This document shows positions 18,653 to 27,157 of a stretch of 34,132 nt of DNA, one piece after another. Location of the stretch: NCBI GenBank assembly GCA_041161945.1, contig JBEATO010000068.1, forward strand, positions 1 to 34,132, given 5' to 3'. A program made the translations under genes and the position numbers. Numbering within the stretch: the first letter of the stretch is position 1; each line of letters begins with the position of its first letter. Under the pieces are notes generated by a model. It saw nothing but the letters and a program-made list of their open reading frames with translations. It did not search any database and was not told where the DNA came from. This stretch comes from Actinomycetota bacterium. GTDB lineage: Bacteria > Actinomycetota > Actinomycetes > Nanopelagicales > Nanopelagicaceae.

Positions 18653-21600
18653 ATGTCGTTTCGCGCAATTCCAGCAGCTGTTGATCTGCCTGCCGTCGAA
18701 CACACGATATTAAAGTTCTGGCGCGATAACGATATTTTTGAAAAAACTCTTGCTGCTCGTGAAGGTGCACCTGCATGGATGTTTTATGAAGGTCCCCCAA
18801 CAGCAAATGGAATGCCTGGGGCTCACCACATTGAAGCCCGAGTATTTAAGGATGTCTTCCCGCGCTTTCACACAATGAAAGGAAAGCATGTAATCCGCAA
18901 AGCTGGTTGGGATTGTCATGGTTTGCCAGTTGAAATTGCAGTTGAAAAAGAGCTGGGCTTTGCTGGTAAAGGCGATATCGAAAAATATGGAATTGCAGCA
19001 TTTAATGACAAGTGCCGTGAATCAGTTCAACGCCATGTTGGTGCATTTGCAGACATGACACATCGCATGGGCTTCTGGGTTGATTTCGATGAAGCGTATT
19101 GGACCATGTCACCTGAATATGTTGAGAGTGTGTGGTGGTCCCTTAAAGAGATCTGGAAAAAGGGATTACTAGTTCAAGATCACCGTGTTGCACCATATTG
19201 CCCGCGCTGTGGAACTGGACTCTCAGATCATGAATTAGCACAAGGCTATGAAACAGTTACAGATCCCTCTGTCTATGTTCGCTTTCCTATTACTTCAGGT
19301 GATTTAGTAGCACTCAACGCCAGTTTCCTTGTTTGGACAACGACTCCTTGGACCTTGGTATCAAACACTGCCATTGCAGTTCACCCAGAGGTTGATTACG
19401 TAGCCGTTGAAGTAACTGTGGATGAAGTAAGTGAAGTCCTAGTCGTTGCAGAAGCCCTACTTGAGAGCGTTAAGGGTGAGAAGAAGATTTTGAAGAAAAT
19501 GCTCGGTAAATCACTTGAGCGCACCACATATAAGCCTCCCTTTGATTTCGTAGAGATTCCTGATGCGCATTACGTGGTTCTTGCAACATATGTAACTACA
19601 GAAGATGGAACTGGATTAGTTCACCAATCTCCAGCTTTTGGCGCAGATGATTTAGCGGTTTGTCGTTCTTATGGTTTGCCAGTCGTTAATCCCATTGCAC
19701 CAGATGGACACTTCCTTAAAGAGGTAGAAGTAGTTGGCGGAATCTTCTTTAAAGAGGCCGATAAGTTACTGGTGAAAGAGTTAAAGGCACGCGGTGTTCT
19801 CTATAAGCACCAACCATATGAGCACACTTATCCTCATTGCTGGCGCTGTCACACACCGTTGATGTATTACGCGCAACCATCTTGGTATATCCGCACAACT
19901 TCTATAAAAGATGCTCTGCTTCGTGAAAATGCAGCAACAGATTGGCACCCAGAGACAATTAGAGAAGGCCGCTACGGTGATTGGCTCAATAACAATATCG
20001 ACTGGGCACTTTCCCGTAATCGCTATTGGGGCACTCCCCTGCCTATTTGGCGCTGTGAAAATAAGCATGAGATTTGTGTTGATTCATTAGCTGAGTTAGG
20101 CGCACTTGCAGGACAAGAGCTATCGAATCTAGATCCACACCGCCCATTTGTTGATGACATTACTTTTGCTTGTGCTGATTGTGATTCCACAATGGTGCGC
20201 GTTCCAGAAGTTATCGACTGTTGGTATGACTCTGGGGCAATGCCTTTTGCGCAATGGGGATATCCACATAAGCCAGGCTCTGTTGAAAAGTTTAAAGAGT
20301 CCTACCCAGCTGATTTTATTTGTGAAGCTATCGATCAAACACGTGGTTGGTTCTACACACTCATGACTATTGGAACCTTAGTCTTTGATAAATCCTCCTA
20401 TAAGACTGTTCTTTGCCTTGGACACATCTTGGATAAAGATGGCCGCAAGATGAGTAAGCACGTGGGCAATGTTTTAGAGCCAATGGCCCTTATGGATCAA
20501 CATGGCGCAGATGCCGTTCGTTGGTACATGCTCGCTGCTGGTTCGCCATGGGCTGCGCGTCGCGTTGGCCATGATGCAATCAATGAAGTTGTTCGAAAGA
20601 CTTTATTAACCTATTGGAACACTGTTTCTTTCCATGCTCTCTATGCCAATGCATCTGCCTTTGATTTGAGTCAGCGCACAAAGATTGCGGATCGACCACT
20701 CATGGATCGCTGGATTATCTCTGAGCTCAATCTGTTGATTGAAGAAGTCGACGCCGCTCTTACTGATTTTGATTCACAGGTTGCAGGCCGTGCGTTAGCT
20801 AGATTCATCGATGATCTTTCAAACTGGTATGTGCGCCGATCACGACGCAGGTTCTGGGATGGCGATGTCAGCGCCCTCTCCACACTTCATGAGTGCTTAG
20901 TTACTCTGACTCAACTTCTCTCTCCTATGGTTCCATTTATTACAGAACAAGTCTGGCAAGAGTTGGTAATTCCAGCAGATTCTTCCGCCGTTGCCTCCGT
21001 GCATCTCTCTGATTTCCCTGTCGCAAATGCAGCAGTAATTGATCGCGAACTTGGAGGGCAAGTTGCACTCACACGACGCATCGTTGAACTTGGCCGTGCA
21101 TCACGCGCTGAATCTGGCATCAAGATTCGTCAACCATTAGGCCGTGCACTCATTGCAGCAAGTGGTTGGGCCGCTTTGCCAGAACAGATGCGTGAGCAGA
21201 TTGCAGATGAGCTCAATGTGATTGATTTGCAAGATATCGCTAACGCTGATGGAGATTTAGTAGATATCTCCGTTAAAGCTAACTTCAAATCACTGGGCGC
21301 AAAGTTTGGTGGAGCCGTTCAAGAGATTGCTAAGGCAATCGCGGCAACTGATGCAACTACTCTTGTGAAAACACTGCGTGCCTCTGGAACTACTCAGCTA
21401 GGAAGTTGGGAAATAGCACTAGATGACTTAGTAATCACGGAAGTACCAAAGAGTGGCTGGATGGTGGCCTCCCACGAAGGTGAAAGCGTGGCACTTGATC
21501 TAGAGCTCACCCCAGCCCTAATTGCTGCTGGGCATGTGCGTGAAGTAATTCGCTTTATTCAAGAGCGCAGAAAGAGTGATGGCTTTGAAATCTCAGATCG

Positions 21601-21766
21601 CATCGATGTGAAATGGAATGCCTCCGCCCAAATTGCTGCAGCAATTGCCAGCGATGACGCGCATATTAAGGATGAAGTATTAGCACTATCTATGGTTCAA
21701 GACTCTTCTATAGCAATTGAAGATAATGAACTTGGAATTGCTATCAAACTTACTAAAGCGAGCTAA
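18653..21766 (+). CDS. ileS: Isoleucine--tRNA ligase (type 2, GAHH/KMSKH signatures)
   Basis: YEGPPTANGMPGAHH, GWDCHGLP, WTTTPWTL, GTGLVH, DWALSRNRYWGTP, DQTRGWF and KMSKH. ATG at 18653 follows the GGAGG SD by 7 nt; the T-box specifier is Ile. Confidence 0.97.
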   Translation: MSFRAIPAAVDLPAVEHTILKFWRDNDIFEKTLAAREGAPAWMFYEGPPTANGMPGAHHIEARVFKDVFPRFHTMKGKHVIRKAGWDCHGLPVEIAVEKELGFAGKGDIEKYGIAAFNDKCRESVQRHVGAFADMTHRMGFWVDFDEAYWTMSPEYVESVWWSLKEIWKKGLLVQDHRVAPYCPRCGTGLSDHELAQGYETVTDPSVYVRFPITSGDLVALNASFLVWTTTPWTLVSNTAIAVHPEVDYVAVEVTVDEVSEVLVVAEALLESVKGEKKILKKMLGKSLERTTYKPPFDFVEIPDAHYVVLATYVTTEDGTGLVHQSPAFGADDLAVCRSYGLPVVNPIAPDGHFLKEVEVVGGIFFKEADKLLVKELKARGVLYKHQPYEHTYPHCWRCHTPLMYYAQPSWYIRTTSIKDALLRENAATDWHPETIREGRYGDWLNNNIDWALSRNRYWGTPLPIWRCENKHEICVDSLAELGALAGQELSNLDPHRPFVDDITFACADCDSTMVRVPEVIDCWYDSGAMPFAQWGYPHKPGSVEKFKESYPADFICEAIDQTRGWFYTLMTIGTLVFDKSSYKTVLCLGHILDKDGRKMSKHVGNVLEPMALMDQHGADAVRWYMLAAGSPWAARRVGHDAINEVVRKTLLTYWNTVSFHALYANASAFDLSQRTKIADRPLMDRWIISELNLLIEEVDAALTDFDSQVAGRALARFIDDLSNWYVRRSRRRFWDGDVSALSTLHECLVTLTQLLSPMVPFITEQVWQELVIPADSSAVASVHLSDFPVANAAVIDRELGGQVALTRRIVELGRASRAESGIKIRQPLGRALIAASGWAALPEQMREQIADELNVIDLQDIANADGDLVDISVKANFKSLGAKFGGAVQEIAKAIAATDATTLVKTLRASGTTQLGSWEIALDDLVITEVPKSGWMVASHEGESVALDLELTPALIAAGHVREVIRFIQERRKSDGFEISDRIDVKWNASAQIAAAIASDDAHIKDEVLALSMVQDSSIAIEDNELGIAIKLTKAS

Positions 21767-22034
21767 CTAGCCCCATCAGTAATTGAACTCCAAAAAAGAG
21801 AACAATGAAACTCAAATCCAGGCTCACTGCGCCCAGGCGAAGTGGTGGGATAAAGCGCCCAACAAATGCCATTGGTTTATCTGTGATGCCATAGACGAGT
21901 TCAACGAGCATGAGACCAATACCTTTTGGTCGCCAGTTACGTGCAAACATGCGAACGTAATCAAGGATTAAACGTGCAAGTAATGCAAAAAGAAATAACT
22001 GCAGGACGTTAGCGAGTAACGCTCCGATGTTCAC
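21753..22034 (-). CDS. yggT: YggT/YlmG (SepG) family membrane protein
   Basis: 93 aa and hydrophobic; WRPKG...VYGITDKPM...FIPPLRLGAVSLDLSFIVL; follows sepF. Confidence 0.9.
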   Translation of the reverse strand: MNIGALLANVLQLFLFALLARLILDYVRMFARNWRPKGIGLMLVELVYGITDKPMAFVGRFIPPLRLGAVSLDLSFIVLFFGVQLLMGLVSSL

Positions 22035-22039
22035 TTAGA

Positions 22040-22513
22040 TCAGCTTTGGTTAAAGAAACTTGCTTGTGCTGCAGCTGACTTATCTTCAACATTGATTGAG
22101 ACATTAGCTGGAGACAAAAGGAATACTTTCTTTGTCACTCGCTCAATTGTTCCGTGCAAACCAAATGCAAGTCCACTTGCAAAGTCAACTAAGCGCTTGT
22201 GCTCTGACTCATCCATGTCAGTCAAATTAATGATGACTGGATTACCTAAACGAAAGTGCTCACCAATGGTGCGGGCCTCGTTATAAAAACGTGGGTGCAA
22301 TGTGACGATGCGATCTAGAACGGGCAAATCTAATTGCGGTGCTGCATCTGCTGAAGATGTAACTACTGAAGAGACTGGACGAGGCAAGCGCGGCTTTATG
22401 CGCACTTCACTTGATGTCGTCACTGCAGGAGTTGAAGATGCAAGAGGTGTATCGAATTCTGGGTCGTCCATCAAACCTAAGTAGTTCGCGACGCGCTTGA
22501 GTGCATTAGCCAT
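22040..22513 (-). CDS. sepF: Cell division protein SepF
   Basis: N-terminal amphipathic ...YLGL; HPRFYNEARTIGEHFR...PVIINL...KRLVDFASGL...VFLLSP. Confidence 0.94.
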   Translation of the reverse strand: MANALKRVANYLGLMDDPEFDTPLASSTPAVTTSSEVRIKPRLPRPVSSVVTSSADAAPQLDLPVLDRIVTLHPRFYNEARTIGEHFRLGNPVIINLTDMDESEHKRLVDFASGLAFGLHGTIERVTKKVFLLSPANVSINVEDKSAAAQASFFNQS

Positions 22514-22527
22514 AGGTAAACGGTACC
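22514..22527 (-). promoter_or_regulatory. Putative -10 element for a leaderless sepF-yggT transcript
   Basis: GG-TACCGT (hexamer 22525-22520) lies 6 nt before the ATG at 22513; no SD. Confidence 0.5.
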
Positions 22528-22534
22528 TGTAGGC

Positions 22535-23203
22535 CTAGCGCGAACCCAGGATTGAACTGCCTATCCGTATATGTGTCGCACCATGGGCAATCGCCTCTTT
22601 ATAGTCCCCACTCATGCCGGCCGATAATTTATTGGCCTTCGGAAAATCAGCCATAAAAGCCTTATGTATCCCTGATAATTTAGAAAATGCATCGGATGGA
22701 TCCATACCTAGTGGGGCAACTGCCATGAGCCCTTGAAGAGTATGGGTCGCAGATTTTTCAATGGCTTGCGCCAATTCATAGAGCTTTTGCTCACTGACTC
22801 CCCCACGGCCCTCTGAACCATCGAGTGAAACCTGACAGAAAATCTCCAAAGGATGTGGGGCGCTTTTCTCAATCATTTCGAAATGTCGAATTTCATCGAG
22901 TGAATGAATGACATGTGCCCATGAAGTAATTGATTTCAACTTATTGCTCTGAATCTGTCCCTGAAAATGCCAAGTTCCAGCCACGTCAGCAGCCTTTGGC
23001 GCGGCATCTGCATCTCTATTTTCACCAAAGTCAGTGACTCCAAGATCGCGCAGGATCTCAACATCACTAGCTGGAAAAGTCTTAGTCACAGCAATCAGTG
23101 TTATCTCATCCAGTGATCTACCAGCACCCATTACAGCCTTTGATATCTCATCGCGCACCGCTTGCAAATTCGAGGTGATTTCACTTCTACGATCTATAGC
23201 CAC
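22535..23203 (-). CDS. yggS: YggS/YlmE pyridoxal phosphate homeostasis protein
   Basis: IAVTKT (PLP lysine), FGEN, WHFQGQIQSNK, GLM and SAGMSGDY...GATHIRIGSSILG. Confidence 0.93.
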   Translation of the reverse strand: MAIDRRSEITSNLQAVRDEISKAVMGAGRSLDEITLIAVTKTFPASDVEILRDLGVTDFGENRDADAAPKAADVAGTWHFQGQIQSNKLKSITSWAHVIHSLDEIRHFEMIEKSAPHPLEIFCQVSLDGSEGRGGVSEQKLYELAQAIEKSATHTLQGLMAVAPLGMDPSDAFSKLSGIHKAFMADFPKANKLSAGMSGDYKEAIAHGATHIRIGSSILGSR

Positions 23204-23853
23204 ACCACACCTGCATTCCTACCCGTAATGTTATGGCGTCGATATGAGAAATACTCATTATTTTCCAGAGTGCATATTGGTGATGCTTCATATGTAACAC
23301 CGATGGCAACCAAATCAGCTATCAAAGCTCTAGGTAAATCTAGTGCTGGCGTTAAGTTATTAGTTAAAGATGATGCAGCAGGATGCTTGGCACACACCTC
23401 ATCGGCTAACTCCTGTGGAACTTCATAACACCGCCCACAAATAGATGCACCGAGCTGGGCATGAATCTGACCCGCACCTAATGCCCGCATTGCCTCAACA
23501 GCTTTAATCGCAACTGAGTTCATCAAACCGCGCCTACCAACATGAACTGCCCCAACAACGCCGCTTGATGAGAGCAAAAGTGGAATGCAATCTGCCACCA
23601 TCACCGCTAGGGCAATTCCTGGAACGGTAGTAATGAGTGCATCACACGTTGGATCATCAATGAGTGTCTTTACTTCAACTACATCATCACCATGCACCTG
23701 ATTCATAAACTGAACAGGCCCAGTTATTTTTCTTAAGAGTTCACGATTGCGCGCAACAGTTTGAGCATCATCACCAACGTGCTGAGCCAAGTTCAATGAC
23801 TCATAGGGCGCAAGGCTTGCGCCATTGCGCCTAGTTGTAAAAACGCTAGGCAA
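23194..23853 (-). CDS. pgeF: PgeF/YfiH/YlmD family protein (polyphenol-oxidase-like / purine nucleoside enzyme)
   Basis: LNLAQHVGD, QVHG, VADCIP, VHVGRRG, CGRCYEV and FSYRR; directly after ftsZ. Confidence 0.9.
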   Translation of the reverse strand: MPSVFTTRRNGASLAPYESLNLAQHVGDDAQTVARNRELLRKITGPVQFMNQVHGDDVVEVKTLIDDPTCDALITTVPGIALAVMVADCIPLLLSSSGVVGAVHVGRRGLMNSVAIKAVEAMRALGAGQIHAQLGASICGRCYEVPQELADEVCAKHPAASSLTNNLTPALDLPRALIADLVAIGVTYEASPICTLENNEYFSYRRHNITGRNAGVVWL

Positions 23854-23859
23854 TTGCCC

Positions 23860-24993
23860 TTACTTCATAAAGTCTGGAACGTCGATCTCATCCTCGGCTA
23901 CGAGCTCTTCAAAAGTAACTCGGCGACGTGGAGTGGAATCAGAATCTAAATCCAGAGCAACTGAGATTGGGTCGTTGCTTGGAATTGGATTAGCAACTCC
24001 GCCCAAAGTGGCCGCATCAATTACTGGTGTAACAACCTTGCGAGGCTCTCCGCCTTCAAAGCCAGCTGCAACCACAGTGATACGAACTTCATCACCTAGT
24101 GCATCATCAATAGTTGTTCCAAAGATGAACTTGGCATTTGGGTGCACAGCAGATTGAACAAGCTCGCACGCCTCATTAACTTCAAACAAACCAAGATCTG
24201 ATCCGCCAGAGACTGAGAGCAAGACACCCATTGCGCCATCGATAGATGCTTCGAGCAATGGTGATGAGATAGCTAACTCAGCAGCACGTAGTGCGCGATT
24301 TTCTCCTCGCGCAGAACCGATTCCCATTAACGCTGAACCTGCTCCTGACATCACTGCCTTCACATCAGCAAAGTCCAAATTGATCAGACCTGGTTGAGTA
24401 ATGATTTCGGTAATTCCCTGAACACCGGAGAGTAGAACTTGGTCTGCACTCTTAAAAGCATCTGCCAAAGTAATAGTGCGATCTGAAATAGCAAGAAGGC
24501 GATCATTTGGAATAACAATGAGAGTGTCAACTTCTGCTCTTAGCGCTTCAATTCCAACATCTGCTTGAGCAGAACGAAGTTTTGCTTCAAAAGAAAATGG
24601 ACGCGTAACAACACCAATAGTTAATGCGCCGATGTCTTTTGCAATCTTTGCAACAATCGGAGCCGCACCTGTTCCAGTTCCGCCACCTTCACCTGCAGTA
24701 ACAAAAACCATATCTGCACCGCGTAAGATTTCTTCAATGTCATCTGCGTGATCAAGGGCAGCTTCGCGTCCCTTTTCTGGATCCATACCTGCACCAAGAC
24801 CGCGAGTTGTTTTTCTACCAATATCTAATTTCACATCTGCATCACTCATTAATAAATGTTGTGCATCTGTATTAATTGCAATGAACTCAACACCTTTGAG
24901 TCCAACATCAATCATGCGATTGATTGCATTTACTCCACCGCCACCAATGCCAACAACTTTGATGACTGCTAAATAATTCTGCGGTGAAGCCAC
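23860..24993 (-). CDS. ftsZ: Cell division protein FtsZ
   Basis: [23 protein letters not shown] and the C-terminal IDVPDFMK peptide; GTG start with an AAGGAGG SD. Confidence 0.98.
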   Translation of the reverse strand: MASPQNYLAVIKVVGIGGGGVNAINRMIDVGLKGVEFIAINTDAQHLLMSDADVKLDIGRKTTRGLGAGMDPEKGREAALDHADDIEEILRGADMVFVTAGEGGGTGTGAAPIVAKIAKDIGALTIGVVTRPFSFEAKLRSAQADVGIEALRAEVDTLIVIPNDRLLAISDRTITLADAFKSADQVLLSGVQGITEIITQPGLINLDFADVKAVMSGAGSALMGIGSARGENRALRAAELAISSPLLEASIDGAMGVLLSVSGGSDLGLFEVNEACELVQSAVHPNAKFIFGTTIDDALGDEVRITVVAAGFEGGEPRKVVTPVIDAATLGGVANPIPSNDPISVALDLDSDSTPRRRVTFEELVAEDEIDVPDFMK

Positions 24994-25016
24994 TTGTATC
25001 CTCCTTGAGAACCATA

Positions 25017-25116
25017 AACCTCTACTTGAGCCTTATAATTCAACGTTTTCTATAAGGCGAACGTAAAGTGCGCAAGGCTCTTAATCAAACACCGACATGA
25101 TTTATTTATTGTGTCG
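25017..25116 (-). promoter_or_regulatory. ftsZ promoter region: TTGATT-17nt-TACGTT promoter, upstream WhiA-like inverted repeat and downstream FtsR-like box
   Basis: -35 at 25088-25083 and -10 at 25065-25060 with a 17-nt spacer. CGACA-N14-TGTCG at 25093-25116 includes GACAC on the minus strand. AAGGCTCAAGTAGAGGTT at 25034-25017. Confidence 0.55.
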
Positions 25117-25126
25117 CAATAAAACT

Positions 25127-25768
25127 TTATTTAACGATTGGTGCATGTGGTGCAGAGAGATCCATCCTCTTTAACTTTGCATTTTCTGGTTGTGCCAATA
25201 AAGCCTTATAAACCTTTGCTTTTAACTCATTATCTGTTGCAAATCCCCATCGAACTTCGACCTTTCGACCCTCAACATCAACGTCCATGACATAAGCCCC
25301 AGTGCTTCGGACCTTAAGGATCTTTAGACCCGAACGAATCTCATCTGGCAGCGAGGTCATGAACTCCACTGCTGTGACCGCGATTTCAACATTGCTGGCT
25401 TGAATCTGAGGCAACGCCGCGGGCAGATTGCCCTTGACCACAAAAGCTTTTCCTGAATCATCTATCGCTTGATTATTAAAGATAGCAACAGGTGTTCTCG
25501 TTGTAATTGAAATCGTCACTTTGCCTGAAATCCAATTTCTGCTCACTTGTGCATCTTGCACAAAAGCAAAGTTTTCATAGGTCGCAGCAACTGCTCGAGG
25601 CTCTACGCGCGCAAGCTTCTCTCCCACCTTCACACTTTGTGGCAAGAACTGATCCGTGCCTTTGATTTCAACTGAGCTGACTGTAAAGAGAGTTGACCAA
25701 CCAAGAGCGTATGAGGCAAGGCCCACAATGATGGCAGTAACAAGTGCTAAGAGACGTTTGTTTTTCAT
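25127..25768 (-). CDS. ftsQ: Cell division protein FtsQ/DivIB (short form)
   Basis: Lies between murC and ftsZ; single N-terminal TM, POTRA-like segment (V..VEIKG...V.R.W...VTISITTRTPVA) and a C-terminal DLSAPHAP. Confidence 0.85.
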   Translation of the reverse strand: MKNKRLLALVTAIIVGLASYALGWSTLFTVSSVEIKGTDQFLPQSVKVGEKLARVEPRAVAATYENFAFVQDAQVSRNWISGKVTISITTRTPVAIFNNQAIDDSGKAFVVKGNLPAALPQIQASNVEIAVTAVEFMTSLPDEIRSGLKILKVRSTGAYVMDVDVEGRKVEVRWGFATDNELKAKVYKALLAQPENAKLKRMDLSAPHAPIVK

Positions 25769-27157
25769 TTATCCGAAGCGACGGCTTAATCCATCAACAA
25801 TGATGGGTGCAAGAGAGCTGACATCGCCGGCTCCAAGAGTAATGATCACATCTTGCGGCTGGGCAGAGTCAATGACTGAGTCAGTTACCTCAATGAAATT
25901 AGGAATGTATTCGCCATGGCTCATAGCATCGGTGATCAGGCGTGATGTGACACCTGCAATTGGTTTCTCACTAGCGGCATAAACCTCAAGAACTATTGCG
26001 CGATCTGCCATATCAAGGGCCTTAGCAAACTGGGCCGAAAATGCTTTTGTTCGTGAATAGCGGTGCGGTTGGAAAATAACAATTAATCGGCCATCTCCTG
26101 CAAAGCGACGTGCTGCTTTTAACGTCACATCAATCTCTGTTGGGTGATGTCCATAGTCATCAATGACTCTCACTCCATGCACTGTGCCTTTAAGTTCAAA
26201 GCGACGCCCAGTGCCTCTAAAGACCGATAAACCTGTTAACAATTCAGGGGCAGGAAAGCCAAGGTTTAACCCAGTGGCTAAAACCGCTGCTGCGTTAAGT
26301 AAATTGTGATGCCCGGGCACCTGAAGCTCAATGAAACCAACTACTTTGCCCCGCCAAATAGCGCGTGCTCGTGAGCCCATAGCCTCTAACTCAATGGAAT
26401 CTAATCTTAAATCGCATCTCTCATCTATTCCATAAGAGATCAACGCACACGTTTTCACGCTTGAGGCTAAAGCTTTAGCACCCTGATCATCTGCGCAATA
26501 AGTAAGGAAGCCATCTTTATTAATAGTTGCTGCAAAATCTTTAAAGGCTTGGGCCACATCCTCTGGAGTTGCAAAGAAATCAACGTGATCGTGTTCAACA
26601 TTTGTCACTATCGCTGCATATGGATGATATTCAATAAATGAACCATCGGATTCATCGGCCTCTGCTACAAATATCTCGCCGGTGCCGCGATGAGCATTAG
26701 AACCAGAGGCAGTAATTGTGCCGCCAATTGCAAAGGATGGATCTGCCCCGCAGGCTTGCAATGCAACTGCCATCATCGAAGAAGTTGTTGTCTTACCGTG
26801 TGTACCAGCCACGGCAATACTTTTTGATTCTGACATCAAAATTGAGAGTGCTGCAGCTCGTATGAGAGTGCTGAGCCCTAACTCTTGCGCCCGCATGAGC
26901 TCTGCGTTTGAAGGTGAGATAGCAGTTGAATAAACAACTAAATCTGCTCCATCAACATTGCTGGCAGCATGGGTTGTTGCAATCGTTGCACCAAGGGCTT
27001 GCAGCGCTTTAACTACTGATGAGTCCTTAGCATCTGAACCACTAACTGTAATTCCATGTGAAAGTGAGATGCGCGCTAAACCGCTCATTCCTGCGCCACC
27101 AATACCTATGAAGTGAACGCGCTTACCAACAAGAGATTTGAGTGTGGGCTTATTCAT
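25769..27157 (-). CDS. murC: UDP-N-acetylmuramate--L-alanine ligase
   Basis: HFIGIGGAGMSGLA, AGTHGKTTT, EADESDGSF, DDYGHHPTE and FQPHRYSR. Confidence 0.97.
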   Translation of the reverse strand: MNKPTLKSLVGKRVHFIGIGGAGMSGLARISLSHGITVSGSDAKDSSVVKALQALGATIATTHAASNVDGADLVVYSTAISPSNAELMRAQELGLSTLIRAAALSILMSESKSIAVAGTHGKTTTSSMMAVALQACGADPSFAIGGTITASGSNAHRGTGEIFVAEADESDGSFIEYHPYAAIVTNVEHDHVDFFATPEDVAQAFKDFAATINKDGFLTYCADDQGAKALASSVKTCALISYGIDERCDLRLDSIELEAMGSRARAIWRGKVVGFIELQVPGHHNLLNAAAVLATGLNLGFPAPELLTGLSVFRGTGRRFELKGTVHGVRVIDDYGHHPTEIDVTLKAARRFAGDGRLIVIFQPHRYSRTKAFSAQFAKALDMADRAIVLEVYAASEKPIAGVTSRLITDAMSHGEYIPNFIEVTDSVIDSAQPQDVIITLGAGDVSSLAPIIVDGLSRRFG

